DNA from: a virus
Taxonomy: Duplodnaviria; Caudoviricetes
IMG/VR virus record: IMGVR_UViG_3300019373_000007
Span: 32,001-96,000 of that record
Length of the DNA stretch: 64,000 nt
Reading direction: 5' to 3' (one strand)
This document shows positions 1 to 9,899 of this stretch, piece after piece. The first letter of the stretch is position 1. Each line of letters starts with the position of its first letter. The notes below the pieces were generated by a model. It worked only from the letters and a program-made list of their open reading frames with translations, did no database searches and was not told the DNA's origin. Position numbers and translations under genes: made by a program.

Positions 1-182
1 ATTGCAGAGGTAGAAGAGGTCTATGACAAGCAGAGCAAAGAAGAGAAAATGTAAGAATACTGCATACGATAGAGGCGGCGAGAAGGGAAGGATCCACTAT
101 CTCAAAGGATACGCAATGTATCACAAGAAGGACAGAGTAGCAATGAGAAAAGAAGCTAAGATTGCAGAGACGGAGGGGTAAC

Positions 183-386
183 ATGGCGGAATATATAGAT
201 AGAACGCAAATACCTTATGCAAAAATAACTTGTTTTGATAAGGGTTCATTAACTACAAGGGAGATGGTTGAAAGTGTGTCTATCGCAGATGTAATCGAAC
301 GTGCGGAGGTACTAGACCAAATCAAGGAGATCAGGGAGAGCATGGAGGGATTTAGTAATAGCTTTAAAAGCATAGACAACTATTAG
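183..386 (+). CDS. hypothetical phage protein
   Basis: ORF with GGAGG RBS before ATG 183; MAEYIDR start typical of small phage accessory proteins. Confidence 0.6.
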   Translation: MAEYIDRTQIPYAKITCFDKGSLTTREMVESVSIADVIERAEVLDQIKEIRESMEGFSNSFKSIDNY

Positions 387-453
387 TTAGTGAGGGTTGT
401 TGGTTACTGTATATCGCTTATAGACAAGCTGATTGTAGAAGTGCAGGGACAGG

Positions 454-714
454 ATGAAAGTAGAAATTGAAATAACGGAGCATGAATGGAATTATCTCAA
501 TAAGCTTGTCGAGAATGGTGACATATTAGGACATTATAAGAGGCTGATACTCAACGGAACACCAATGAGTAATAAAGGCCCGTGCATTCATGGTGATCTA
601 TGCAGAGAGTATTGGAACAAATTTCATGTAATATACTCAACCCAATGCCCTAAATGCGATAGATATGAACCTAAGTTACAGAAAGTGAGGGGACACGATG
701 AAAGTGTTGATTGA
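454..714 (+). CDS. hypothetical phage protein
   Basis: ORF track; similar to downstream ORF (MKV.IEI.E...NGT/IGT). Confidence 0.6.
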   Translation: MKVEIEITEHEWNYLNKLVENGDILGHYKRLILNGTPMSNKGPCIHGDLCREYWNKFHVIYSTQCPKCDRYEPKLQKVRGHDESVD

Positions 715-946
715 GATACCAGAAGACCACAAGAGAGTAATAGATAATCTTGTAAATGACGGCAAGGGATATTTGTTACCACAAGAAGTAGAAACAAGAT
801 TAGCAAAAGCAGTGAAAATCGGCACTGTTATCCCTGACAATGCTACTGATGGGGATGTGGTTGAAAAACTTTTCGGCAAAGATGTTTATTGTACTTTAAT
901 CCGTATGATGTATTCATCTTGTTGTGAGAAACTAAAGAAATGGTAG
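698..946 (+). CDS. hypothetical phage protein
   Basis: ORF track, GAGGGG RBS, overlaps previous ORF. Confidence 0.6.
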   Translation: MKVLIEIPEDHKRVIDNLVNDGKGYLLPQEVETRLAKAVKIGTVIPDNATDGDVVEKLFGKDVYCTLIRMMYSSCCEKLKKW

Positions 947-976
947 AACGCACCATATAGAAGAGAGGGAGAGTAG

Positions 977-1165
977 ATGAATTTTATCTCAATACACAAC
1001 GTAGCCGACAATGATTGGGTCTTGATAAATATTGACCAAATAGCAGTGATTTGCGAAAGAACGATTTCTATTAAGATGAGCGATGGTTCAGTAATTCGTA
1101 CGGATCCTTATAGCCTAAAGAAGATATCGGAACGAATTCGCGTAGGACTCATCTATGAGGATTAG
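977..1165 (+). CDS. hypothetical phage protein
   Basis: ORF track with RBS. Confidence 0.6.
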   Translation: MNFISIHNVADNDWVLINIDQIAVICERTISIKMSDGSVIRTDPYSLKKISERIRVGLIYED

Positions 1166-1174
1166 GGAGGAACA

Positions 1175-1336
1175 ATGACACTGATTGAATACATCGACTA
1201 CCAGAAGGCAATTCTAGATGAGGAATTAACAAAAGTTACAGAGCAAGACGTTATCATCATGATCAACGCTCAGCTTTACTTACTAGAGAAGATCAAGGAA
1301 GCCGTTGAGTCTGATGTAATTGAAACAATAGATTAG
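1175..1336 (+). CDS. small hypothetical protein (53 aa, below ORF-track cutoff)
   Basis: GGGAGG RBS, ATG 1175 to TAG 1336, MTLIEYIDYQKAIL... Confidence 0.6.
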   Translation: MTLIEYIDYQKAILDEELTKVTEQDVIIMINAQLYLLEKIKEAVESDVIETID

Positions 1337-1356
1337 ACGTTAGGAAGGAAGGGACA

Positions 1357-1596
1357 ATGGTCAATGAGAATTTCCTTACGCTACGTGTAGGGTCAAAAGT
1401 ATTCGTGTATGGAGCCGGTGCATTAGAGGAACACACAATTACAGCGTTCCATATAGCGAATTCTAACGGAGAGTTGAAATGCTACGTAGAATCAGAAGTA
1501 GGTCCGAAGAAGTGGTCTAGATCGTGCTCCCTCGATACATTCATTCACGGAATAGAGGTTGCACAAGATATGAGGATATCTGATATCAGGAGGTAA
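1357..1596 (+). CDS. hypothetical protein
   Basis: ORF track with RBS. Confidence 0.6.
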   Translation: MVNENFLTLRVGSKVFVYGAGALEEHTITAFHIANSNGELKCYVESEVGPKKWSRSCSLDTFIHGIEVAQDMRISDIRR

Positions 1597-1602
1597 GGTA
1601 TC

Positions 1603-1824
1603 ATGATGAAAGCAATTTGTCCAGAATGTAATAACAGGTCAGGGAATTGGATCTATAAGAATACAGAGCGACGCTACTCTGGAGACGGTTACGATTTCAC
1701 CGTCAACGTCAATTTGCCTTACTGTGAGAAGTGCGGTAGCTTAGTATATGATAGCGAGGTAGAAGATAAAATTCGCGAGGATGTGCATGCTATGATCGAG
1801 GAGAAGAAGGGAGAAGAGCATTAG
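1603..1824 (+). CDS. stand-alone YgiT/MqsA-type zinc-finger protein
   Basis: CPEC...FTVNVNLPYCEKCGSLVYD pattern of the MqsA N-terminal Zn ribbon; no HTH. Confidence 0.6.
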   Translation: MMKAICPECNNRSGNWIYKNTERRYSGDGYDFTVNVNLPYCEKCGSLVYDSEVEDKIREDVHAMIEEKKGEEH

Positions 1825-2378
1825 ATGGGAGCAAGATTACGTCATTTCAAAACAATATGCAAACACAAAGCGATTGTATTTCGTGAATGCAGAGCATGCG
1901 GAATCGCATGGCAGGGATTGATTCACGACTTGTCTAAATTCAGTATAACTGAATTTTCTGCAAGTGCTAAGTATTTTCAAGGAAACAGAAGCCCTATTGA
2001 AGCAGAGAAGGAAGATACGGATACTCTGTCGCATGGCTGCATCATAAGGGACACAACAAGCATCATTGGGAGTGGTGGACTGACTTCGATGATAACGGAA
2101 ACGTAGTAGCATATAAGATACCGTCACAGTATGTTATTGAGATGGTCTGCGATTGGATAGGCGCAGGGATGGCTTACAGCCCAGATAAGTGGACACAGGA
2201 AGAGCCTCTGAATTACTACAACAAGGTACGCAAGGGCAGACATTTTCATCCAGAAACAGAAAAGCTGCTTGTATTCCTACTTGAGACAATCGCTGCAAAG
2301 GGATTAGATGAGTTTCATCGCATCTGTAGGCAAGGGTATCCAACCATAACTGACTATGACGGATTGTATATTCCGTAA
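1825..2378 (+). pseudogene. DUF5662-like HD-type protein split by one frameshift near 2018
   Basis: HDLSKFS..EF, then shifted frame GYSVAWLHHKGHNKHHWEWW...VIEMVCDWIGAG joins ORFs 1825..2106 and 2142..2378. Confidence 0.75.
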
Positions 2379-2400
2379 GGACTGAAGGAGGTAGATAGAT

Positions 2401-3033
2401 ATGTCTAATGAAGACAAGCTAGCGTATGAGCGAGAGCAATTCAAAGATCACATCGCAACGTTTACAGATTACGGCAAGGTGAAGGTGCTTGATTTCAAGA
2501 ATCCAGCTACATCTAACTACGCAATTCGTTTCCTGTTTCAAGAAGACTGCTATACTTTGTGCATATCAGGAGACCTAGGGCATCTTGTTGCACATAACTA
2601 TAATAATATGTGTTACGCCAAATTCAATGATTTCACAGAGAACATAGGGTACTTTGCGAGCAAGGTTGTATGTCATGATCGCCCGTTTTACGAGTACAGC
2701 CCTTATAAGGCTCGAAGAGATCTTGTTGTGTATCTAGCTGAATATGATCTGAAATCCGAATATAGCTGGATGACAGATTCAGAGTTCCGGGAAGATATAA
2801 TAGAGACTGTCCTTGACGACCTGAATACAGATACTGGATTCGGGTCAAAAGCATATGAAATCCTCAGTGGAATTGATCCAGATGCGTGGATGTACATTTC
2901 CGATTTTGGGAAGGAGCCTACAACTATTCTAGAAACATACATGCTTGCATTCAAGCTAGCACAGGAGCAGCTGGCTCAGCATAAGGGACCATGCTCCGAT
3001 GGAGATCTACTTGTCCATACACTAACCAAGTAA
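2401..3033 (+). CDS. conserved hypothetical phage protein
   Basis: 210 aa ORF with RBS; ISGDLG motif. Confidence 0.75.
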   Translation: MSNEDKLAYEREQFKDHIATFTDYGKVKVLDFKNPATSNYAIRFLFQEDCYTLCISGDLGHLVAHNYNNMCYAKFNDFTENIGYFASKVVCHDRPFYEYSPYKARRDLVVYLAEYDLKSEYSWMTDSEFREDIIETVLDDLNTDTGFGSKAYEILSGIDPDAWMYISDFGKEPTTILETYMLAFKLAQEQLAQHKGPCSDGDLLVHTLTK

Positions 3034-3156
3034 GCATCTGCGCCATAGATAAAGTGTTCTGAGATATTGCTGAATCAGGTAGTACCTCAGATTCGTTATG
3101 TTGTCCAACCTGGATCCAATTCCAGTACGAAGCCAACACACGAAAGGAGAAACATT

Positions 3157-3405
3157 ATGGCTACAACATTTAACGGAAAAGAGATCTCATTTGATCCACA
3201 TGATTGGAAAGGAATTGCTGAACTGTGCAAGCGTCACAAAGAGTTTCCGATGCCTTGGGCAGGAAAGAACGAAGACGGTGAGAACATTTCAATCAGCGTC
3301 AACAAGGACAACATCACACTTGTGACATATCAGTCTAACAAGTGGATCCGCACAAACGTCTACTACCCGGAGGATTGCTCAACAGAGGAATTATTCAGCC
3401 ACTAA
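3157..3405 (+). CDS. hypothetical protein
   Basis: AAGGAG RBS before ATG 3157; ATTCGTTAT motif upstream. Confidence 0.65.
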   Translation: MATTFNGKEISFDPHDWKGIAELCKRHKEFPMPWAGKNEDGENISISVNKDNITLVTYQSNKWIRTNVYYPEDCSTEELFSH

Positions 3406-3487
3406 TCAGTTTCAGTCAAGCTTAGCGCTGAGCATTGAATTGACTTCGGTGTTCAGCGCCGCTTGCGCACAGGAAGGGACTAGCTCA

Positions 3488-3670
3488 ATGACAGTAAAAG
3501 ATCTTAAAATGATGCTCGAGTGGCTAGACGATGACATGGAAGTGTTCCTTGAAATCACAGACGCAGCTTATAATGTGCATCGTTATGAGATATCAGGATA
3601 CAACTCATATGACGGAGATAGCTTAAAACTAGAGGCTGAGGAACCACAGGACTTACAGGAGGTAGACTAA
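3488..3670 (+). CDS. hypothetical protein (MTVKDLK type)
   Basis: ATG 3488 in frame with ORF 3440..3670. Confidence 0.6.
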   Translation: MTVKDLKMMLEWLDDDMEVFLEITDAAYNVHRYEISGYNSYDGDSLKLEAEEPQDLQEVD

Positions 3671-3672
3671 TC

Positions 3673-3960
3673 ATGATAATGAGCGATGAATCAATGCCGA
3701 AGAGCTGTCACTATTGCAGAAAGAAGACTGTGTGCAAGGCTTATGGATCTGCTTTCTCAGCTTGCGCCGAAGATATAGACGTCCTCTTCGCTGCTACAAG
3801 GGACATGCGGCTTCCGAACTGCCCTTTGAAAGAGCTAATTACTTGCAGTGAGTGCTACCGATGGTCAACGACAGACCTATCAGGCCAATCTCACATGTGC
3901 AACAATTGGGGCTGCTATACGGATCCTGAATTCTATTGTAGAGATGCTTTCAAGCGATAG
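3673..3960 (+). CDS. Cys-rich hypothetical protein
   Basis: MPKSCxxC...CPLKE...CxxC...FYC pattern. Confidence 0.6.
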   Translation: MIMSDESMPKSCHYCRKKTVCKAYGSAFSACAEDIDVLFAATRDMRLPNCPLKELITCSECYRWSTTDLSGQSHMCNNWGCYTDPEFYCRDAFKR

Positions 3961-3993
3961 CGTCTGGCCAATTTGACAGAAAGGAAACAAGAT

Positions 3994-4596
3994 ATGGATT
4001 TGAATTTAGACCCTTACATGTCTGTAAAAGAAGCATTTGACCTAGTTGAGAGACAAGTTAAGAATAAGAAGGAAGCAGTAGATCAAGCAGAAGTAGAACT
4101 GGATCTGCTCAAGCAGCGTGCTTATATGACATACAAGCAGAAGTGTGACTACATCCTTTTCTACATACTCGATTTCAACGGAGCGCAGAGGTGGCTTAAC
4201 ATGATCATGCAGGGATGTGATACTGAAGGGCGAAAGCTTGACAGAAGAAGGAAGTACCCAGAAGAATCATCATTTCAAATGGTTCAATCTAAGCTTCGTC
4301 AGCTACTCAATCAGCCTACCTTAGAGGTAGTTTGCCTAGTAGCACATAACTTCACAACCGGCGGTTGGTCTATCAATTTCACACTTGATGATCACAAGTA
4401 TTCAATTCACATCCCTTTGCCGAATAAGATAACGTACGAAACCTATAAGGAACGAGGCAGAAGCGCGTTTGAATTGACAATCTTCAATGCGGATACATCA
4501 AACGTCCGCACATGGGCAGGCAGCACACTATTCGTAGACGAGCTGCCACAGGTGATGGAACAAGCTATCAGCCGTGCATCCGAAACACAAGAATAA
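3994..4596 (+). CDS. hypothetical protein
   Basis: ORF track; AAAGGA RBS before ATG 3994. Confidence 0.7.
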   Translation: MDLNLDPYMSVKEAFDLVERQVKNKKEAVDQAEVELDLLKQRAYMTYKQKCDYILFYILDFNGAQRWLNMIMQGCDTEGRKLDRRRKYPEESSFQMVQSKLRQLLNQPTLEVVCLVAHNFTTGGWSINFTLDDHKYSIHIPLPNKITYETYKERGRSAFELTIFNADTSNVRTWAGSTLFVDELPQVMEQAISRASETQE

Positions 4597-4607
4597 GAGA
4601 ACTAGTC

Positions 4608-4638
4608 AGCAAGCAGCTAAATACAGCTGCTTGTTTTA
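4608..4638 (+). terminator. intrinsic terminator
   Basis: AAGCAGCT-loop-AGCTGCTT followed by GTTTT. Confidence 0.6.
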
Positions 4639-4661
4639 ATTTGATTCTTATTCTTCACTAG

Positions 4662-4670
4662 AATCGTTAT
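4662..4670 (+). promoter_or_regulatory. phage promoter motif AATCGTTAT (representative copy)
   Basis: about 14 copies upstream of gene starts across the window (see findings). Confidence 0.7.
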
Positions 4671-4739
4671 GTGAGTAGCAACAATAAATCTACAATCAAA
4701 TAAGCTAGACATCAACGCAAATCAAGGAGGAATGAACTC

Positions 4740-5666
4740 ATGGCAGCTAACGTAGAAACATTATTTGTAACAAGAAAACCTGCATGGCACGGACAGGGAA
4801 TCGTCTTAGACGCTCCGCCTACTGCCGAAGACGCTATTGTAGCAGCAGGACTTGATTGGAAAGTAGAAGGTAGACCTATCTTCGATGGATCAGGGAATCA
4901 GATTACAGGATTCCAGGCTAACACACGAGACAAGGATGATAAAATCTTAGGAGTTGTATCTGATAGATATCAGATCATTCAGAACGAAGAAGCATTCGCA
5001 TTCGTAGACGGCCTTGTAGAAGAAGGATTGACATTTGAAACAGCAGGGTCGCTTAGAGGCGGAAAGCAGATTTGGGTGCTAGGCAATATGCCGGAACGGC
5101 TCGTACTCGGTGAGCAGTTTGCTCCGTACATCTGTTTCACAAATACACATGACGGTACAGGAGCTGTTCGAGTTTGCTTAACTCCTACCCGAGTTGTCTG
5201 TCAGAATACATTGAACTTAGCTCTTTCACATGCATCTAGATCATGGTCAACTAGACACATGGGAAGTATCGCATCTAGAATGACAGAAGCACAAGCAGCA
5301 TTAGGCATGATTGATTCATACTACGAATCATTGAATGAAGAAGCAGAGCTACTAGCTTCTATCAAAGTAACTGACAAGCAGATTGAGGACATGCTTGATA
5401 TGATGTATCAAGTCAAAGACGATGACTCCGAAGGCCGGAAAAGACGAATCGCACTCCTGAAGGAAAACTTCTTCATGTGCATGAATGCACCTGACCTAGC
5501 TAACTTCAAGGGTACAGCTTACGCAGTAGTAAATGCAGCTGCTGACTTTGCAGATCACGCAGAACCGTTACGGAGAACAGCTAACTTCGATGAAAACAGA
5601 TGGGGTCAGATTATTGTCGGACATCCATTTGTAGATCAGATTCACAAGCGAGTGTTAGCTGCATAA
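4740..5666 (+). CDS. DUF932 / phage-plasmid-like protein (TIGR03299 type)
   Basis: PAWHGQG, AGLDWKV, ETAGSLRGG, NTHDG, TPTRVVCQNTLNLAL motifs. Confidence 0.9.
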   Translation: MAANVETLFVTRKPAWHGQGIVLDAPPTAEDAIVAAGLDWKVEGRPIFDGSGNQITGFQANTRDKDDKILGVVSDRYQIIQNEEAFAFVDGLVEEGLTFETAGSLRGGKQIWVLGNMPERLVLGEQFAPYICFTNTHDGTGAVRVCLTPTRVVCQNTLNLALSHASRSWSTRHMGSIASRMTEAQAALGMIDSYYESLNEEAELLASIKVTDKQIEDMLDMMYQVKDDDSEGRKRRIALLKENFFMCMNAPDLANFKGTAYAVVNAAADFADHAEPLRRTANFDENRWGQIIVGHPFVDQIHKRVLAA

Positions 5667-5677
5667 GGAGGAACGTC

Positions 5678-6661
5678 ATGGTATCAAAAATCGGAAAAGT
5701 AATCGAGCGAATGCTCAATCATCATGAATGGTCAATGGAGGATATTTCAACTAAATGCGGAATAGCATCTGATCGACTTATACAATTATGCACAAGTGAG
5801 TGCGAGATGACTGAAGATGAGATTCAAGCTATTGCTAGCGGATTGCATCTTTCTAGAGGAGAAATTCTAGGCCGGAAGGTAGCTGGATTGAAAAGTACAC
5901 TCCCAGAGATCATCTCAGATTCATACACAGATCTTTCACTTGAAGACAAGAAGCGAGTTACAGTATCCTTGTGGCGCTACTTAGAAACAAAAGGACAGCC
6001 ACGCGAGCTTGAGGTTGCTGCTGATTTATATAGCGGACAGTCTGTTGGATGGAGAACAGGGAAAACCGCAATGAACATCAATTCAATAGCAGCTATTCAG
6101 TATTCATTTGAGGGCCTTGGAGTAACTAATCAGATGTTCCTGAATGAACTTGAAAAGACGATTACTAGCTGCTACGCTATGAATAAGATAGCGAAGTGGA
6201 AAGAAGAAGCAGGAGTATCCAACAGCCAGCTTGCTCAGATCTGTAACATCAATCAAGTAACACTTAGCCAATTATTCGGTCTAAGAGGTTTACATGTGTC
6301 AAAGAAGTACGCGACAAAGCTTTCGCTAGGTACAGGAATTGATTTGAGTGAGCTTGAATTGTGGCCAGGCCAGTTTGAAAGCGACGCTGCACTGAAGGAA
6401 CCGGCAGACAATACTGAGCCGGAAGCTTGTCCTGTAAGCGAGACTCAGCTACCTGAAGTAGACGATGACGGAGCCGAAGAACTCAAAGCAGCCCTTAAGG
6501 AGCCAGATCCATCTGTAGACTGTTCATCACTTGTATCACATATGATCCGTTCCGGTGAAGAAAAGCGAGCAAAGATGCTCAAGATGATTCCAAAACTGTC
6601 ACCTGCGCACATCGTAGAGTTATACACCAAAGTAGAAGAATATTTCTGGGAGGATATCTGA
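5678..6661 (+). CDS. XRE-type HTH protein with two HTH-like segments
   Basis: WSMEDISTKCGI and VSNSQLAQICNINQVTLSQL segments; AAGGAGG RBS before ATG 5678. Confidence 0.6.
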   Translation: MVSKIGKVIERMLNHHEWSMEDISTKCGIASDRLIQLCTSECEMTEDEIQAIASGLHLSRGEILGRKVAGLKSTLPEIISDSYTDLSLEDKKRVTVSLWRYLETKGQPRELEVAADLYSGQSVGWRTGKTAMNINSIAAIQYSFEGLGVTNQMFLNELEKTITSCYAMNKIAKWKEEAGVSNSQLAQICNINQVTLSQLFGLRGLHVSKKYATKLSLGTGIDLSELELWPGQFESDAALKEPADNTEPEACPVSETQLPEVDDDGAEELKAALKEPDPSVDCSSLVSHMIRSGEEKRAKMLKMIPKLSPAHIVELYTKVEEYFWEDI

Positions 6662-6662
6662 T

Positions 6663-7337
6663 ATGATCAATACCGTATTAGTTACCGGATCATGCTCAGG
6701 AATGGGCAAGGCAATTACATTAGAATTTCTTAACCATGGTCATCTTGTAGTCGGAATTGACCGGCTAGGATGTCCTAAGGACCTAGAGGAATACACTAAC
6801 TACAATCACTTTGTAGCAGATGTAGCGGATCCATCGTCGCTCCCGTCCATCGAGCGAGTTGAGATCTTGATCAACAATGCAGGAGTCCAAGGAACAGATA
6901 GCGACATCGATGTCAACCTTCGAGGTGTAATGAATTGCACTGAGAAGTATGCATTGAACAATCCATACATCACTGCTGTCCTCAATCAAGCATCAGCAGC
7001 TGCACATCTAGGAAACGACTTCCCACAGTATGTTGCATCTAAGGGCGGAGTAATTGCATACACCAAATGGACAGCAAAGGAGATAGCCAAGTACGGAGCT
7101 ACATGCAACAGCATTTCACTTGGGGGTGTAGTTACTCTTTCTAATGGGCCAGTAATCTACAGCGAAGAGCTGTGGCAGCAGGTCATGGACCTTACACCGT
7201 TGCATAAGTGGTGCTCTGAAGACGAAGTAGCCAAGTGGGTCTATTTCCTTACAACAGTAAACAAAAGTGCATCTGGCCAGGATTTCGTCATTGACAACCT
7301 AGAGAGCCTGAATGGCAGATTCGTGTGGAATGACTAA
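6663..7337 (+). CDS. short-chain dehydrogenase/reductase (SDR)
   Basis: TGSCSGMG Rossmann motif, NNAG, catalytic YVASK. Confidence 0.9.
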   Translation: MINTVLVTGSCSGMGKAITLEFLNHGHLVVGIDRLGCPKDLEEYTNYNHFVADVADPSSLPSIERVEILINNAGVQGTDSDIDVNLRGVMNCTEKYALNNPYITAVLNQASAAAHLGNDFPQYVASKGGVIAYTKWTAKEIAKYGATCNSISLGGVVTLSNGPVIYSEELWQQVMDLTPLHKWCSEDEVAKWVYFLTTVNKSASGQDFVIDNLESLNGRFVWND

Positions 7338-7375
7338 CCTTCTTTATCATAGAACAATCCATTAGGAGGCTTACT

Positions 7376-8494
7376 ATGAAGAGGATATCATCTGCGGATC
7401 TTATACAATACAATGCGAATAACAGGGGAACTCACACAGGAGATTGTGTTCGACGTTCCCTTTCTTTAGCTCTAGGAATGAGCTATCATGACCTAGCTAC
7501 TCAACTAGACGCCTTCACCAAAGAGAACTTTCTCGGATGGAAATATAACAACAGACGTGTCTACATGAAATGGCTCCAAGACAACTTCGGTCTTACTCGA
7601 GAGCCCGTCCCTGAAGAATATAAGACACTGAGTGACTTCGTTGACGCTAAGTGCACGAAAGGCACATGGCTAGTAGAAACAGGGAATCCTAAGAAGACCG
7701 GAGTGGATCACATTGTCTGTGTCAAGGACGGAAATGTATTTGATAGCTGGAACTCACTCGATGAATCTCCTAAATATTTCATCGCTGTTCCTGACAATCT
7801 ATCTAAGCCAGTGAATACTGAAGTATCCTTAGGGCAATTTCGAGATCAATACTCTTCGTGGATTGAAGCTCAAATAGACAAGCTCAGCGCCAAATACGGA
7901 TGGGCAGAGGATATGGGATACAAATGGAAGGTCTCATTCAAGACACAGTTCAATGCTCGTATCTCTATCACATTCGAGCTACCTCCGTGTGAATATGTTC
8001 CGCGTGAACGAAAGTATGCATACAACTTCGGGATAACAATCTCGCCTCAGATTGATCCAAACACTCTCGAGAAGAAAGTGCATGAAACACTCAACACTCG
8101 AATCTACGATAGAATGTATTCAGTCAATCAAGCAGAGATGAAGCTTGTAGAAGCAGACACAGTGAGACGTGCATCTGGACAAGAAGAATATACAGACTTC
8201 GCAGAGGACAACTGGATATCCGAATTCGAGAGACGATCCATCAATCAGCTTCCAGGATGGGTTCGACCGCTCATCAAATTTGTTGACTTCCAGGATCCAG
8301 GTAAGTATCATGATAGCTACACTCTACGAATAGCACCGCTTCCAGGAAGTAAGGCTTATGGAGACAAAGAAAACTTCCCTAACGGAATTCGTTTCGAGGC
8401 ATACACAGCTGATCAGCTCAAAGACATGCTGAGGAGATACAAGAGCAAAGACGAAATCCCTGACATAGATTACATCGTAGAAGAGGATTACTAA
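7376..8494 (+). CDS. hypothetical protein with MKR-type leader; N-terminal DCxxR...H..C...D.W putative cysteine-hydrolase-like domain
   Basis: MKRISSA start; GDCVRRSL...HIVCVKDG..FDSW. Confidence 0.6.
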   Translation: MKRISSADLIQYNANNRGTHTGDCVRRSLSLALGMSYHDLATQLDAFTKENFLGWKYNNRRVYMKWLQDNFGLTREPVPEEYKTLSDFVDAKCTKGTWLVETGNPKKTGVDHIVCVKDGNVFDSWNSLDESPKYFIAVPDNLSKPVNTEVSLGQFRDQYSSWIEAQIDKLSAKYGWAEDMGYKWKVSFKTQFNARISITFELPPCEYVPRERKYAYNFGITISPQIDPNTLEKKVHETLNTRIYDRMYSVNQAEMKLVEADTVRRASGQEEYTDFAEDNWISEFERRSINQLPGWVRPLIKFVDFQDPGKYHDSYTLRIAPLPGSKAYGDKENFPNGIRFEAYTADQLKDMLRRYKSKDEIPDIDYIVEEDY

Positions 8495-8521
8495 AAGTCA
8501 TTACATATGACTTTCAAATTA

Positions 8522-8591
8522 AGGCGAGATGAAATTTTAGATATGTCCAGGTAGAATTTTACGTCAACATATCTAGAATTTCATCTCGCCT
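8522..8591. terminator. long inverted repeat between convergent genes (probable bidirectional terminator)
   Basis: AGGCGAGATGAAATTTTAGATATGT ... ACATATCTAGAATTTCATCTCGCCT. Confidence 0.7.
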
Positions 8592-8625
8592 ATTTTGCAT
8601 TAGTGAGATTATAGTCGATCAGCTG

Positions 8626-9432
8626 TTATGAAAAGCAATCATGCACTTCTACTCGATAGAGAAGTTCTTGGTGCAACTTCTCTTTCGCTTCCGGCAGGAG
8701 CTTCTTGAGGTGCTCAAACGGAATATCCATCAAGGTCGCAATGTCGAGCAAATCCTTGTCTGAAAGATCAGATTCTCTGATAATCATCTCATGAATCAGC
8801 ATATCTGTCACAGTATCATAGTTGTCAGTAGCTGCTTTCATCTCCCCTAGCTCAACACGACTGTCCTCAATGAAGAGGGCATGTGTTTCTAAATCAGCAA
8901 CATACATGGATCCAAAAATGGCCTGAAGTGCTTGCATATCCTCTGGCGGCAAGTTAACTAGTTTCAAATCATCATAAGTTACCTTAGCCCAGTGCTTACC
9001 GAGCTGGTCTCCTGCTTTCATGCACATTGTGCGTCGCAAGCTATACTTGACCTGATCTAGCTCTCGCTCCATACATTCAGTTATACGTGGTTTGAAAAAT
9101 ACTCCGAAAGAAAGATCGCATCGATACTTCGGAGCGTACTTGAACTTCGTCCACATCTCGCAGAAGTGAAGAAGTGCAGATTGGAACTTATCCTCATAAG
9201 AAACAGAAGGATTGTTAATGAACTTGTGGCTCGCTATGTAGCCAAAAAATGTGTAGTTGAGCTCAACTACTGCGTCGCGTATATCCGTGTAAGTCGCACG
9301 CTCTTCGAGAGTGGTCTGTGGCAGGTAACTATACAATTCGATAGTGCGCTGCTTTCTGTACTCAGCTTCGGTCATCTCGTCTTTGTTCAACTTACTTGGA
9401 TACTTAGCGTCGATCTTTTTCCAGTCGACCAT
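8626..9432 (-). CDS. phage sigma-factor-like protein
   Basis: region-2-like RDAVVELNYTFFGYIA..SYEDKFQSA...KF...SFGVFFKPRI; C-terminal HTH-like segment. Confidence 0.65.
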   Translation of the reverse strand: MVDWKKIDAKYPSKLNKDEMTEAEYRKQRTIELYSYLPQTTLEERATYTDIRDAVVELNYTFFGYIASHKFINNPSVSYEDKFQSALLHFCEMWTKFKYAPKYRCDLSFGVFFKPRITECMERELDQVKYSLRRTMCMKAGDQLGKHWAKVTYDDLKLVNLPPEDMQALQAIFGSMYVADLETHALFIEDSRVELGEMKAATDNYDTVTDMLIHEMIIRESDLSDKDLLDIATLMDIPFEHLKKLLPEAKEKLHQELLYRVEVHDCFS

Positions 9433-9519
9433 TGCTAGTGATCCCCCTCATTAAAAATAGTTAGTACCGATGATGTGAGAACCCTCTATAGTTATCAAAT
9501 TTTAGCCCTTCTAGGACAT

Positions 9520-9548
9520 ATTATAAGAACATATGCATCAAAAATCAA
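9520..9548 (-). promoter_or_regulatory. sigmaA-type promoter for the sigma-like gene
   Basis: minus strand TTGATT-17 nt-TATAAT. Confidence 0.65.
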
Positions 9549-9595
9549 CTCCCACCAAAATTCTGCAAATGCACGTCTATGTAGTCCTGCGAAAG

Positions 9596-9899
9596 TTTCA
9601 GTGAAATTTACACTGAAAATAATTTTTGCAAAAATTTATCGTCAAATCACACTGAGATCACATCAACAACTTGATGTCCAATGGCTACATCTAGTCACCC
9701 ATCAGACAAGATCTCGTGGTTCAACACCCTAAAATTTTCAGTGTAAATTACACTGTTTTATGAATTTCAGTGTAAATTACACTGTGGAAATCCGGTTCAA
9801 ACCTCCATGAGTTTATCACTTTAAAGTGAAATTGGACTAAAGTGAACAGTGTAAAACACACTGAAAAATTTTTCAGTTTCAGTGAAATTTACACTGAAA
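9596..9899. repeat. five palindromic repeats CAGTG-N7-CACTG (candidate origin iterons or operator array)
   Basis: copies near 9596, 9737, 9765, 9847 and 9877 in a 1.1 kb noncoding gap between divergent genes. Confidence 0.75.

Noticed and set aside
9596-9899. Repeats as a CRISPR array
   Set aside because: Spacing is irregular, repeats are short palindromes and there is no cas operon; the Cas4-like gene at 39095 sits in a phage recombination context
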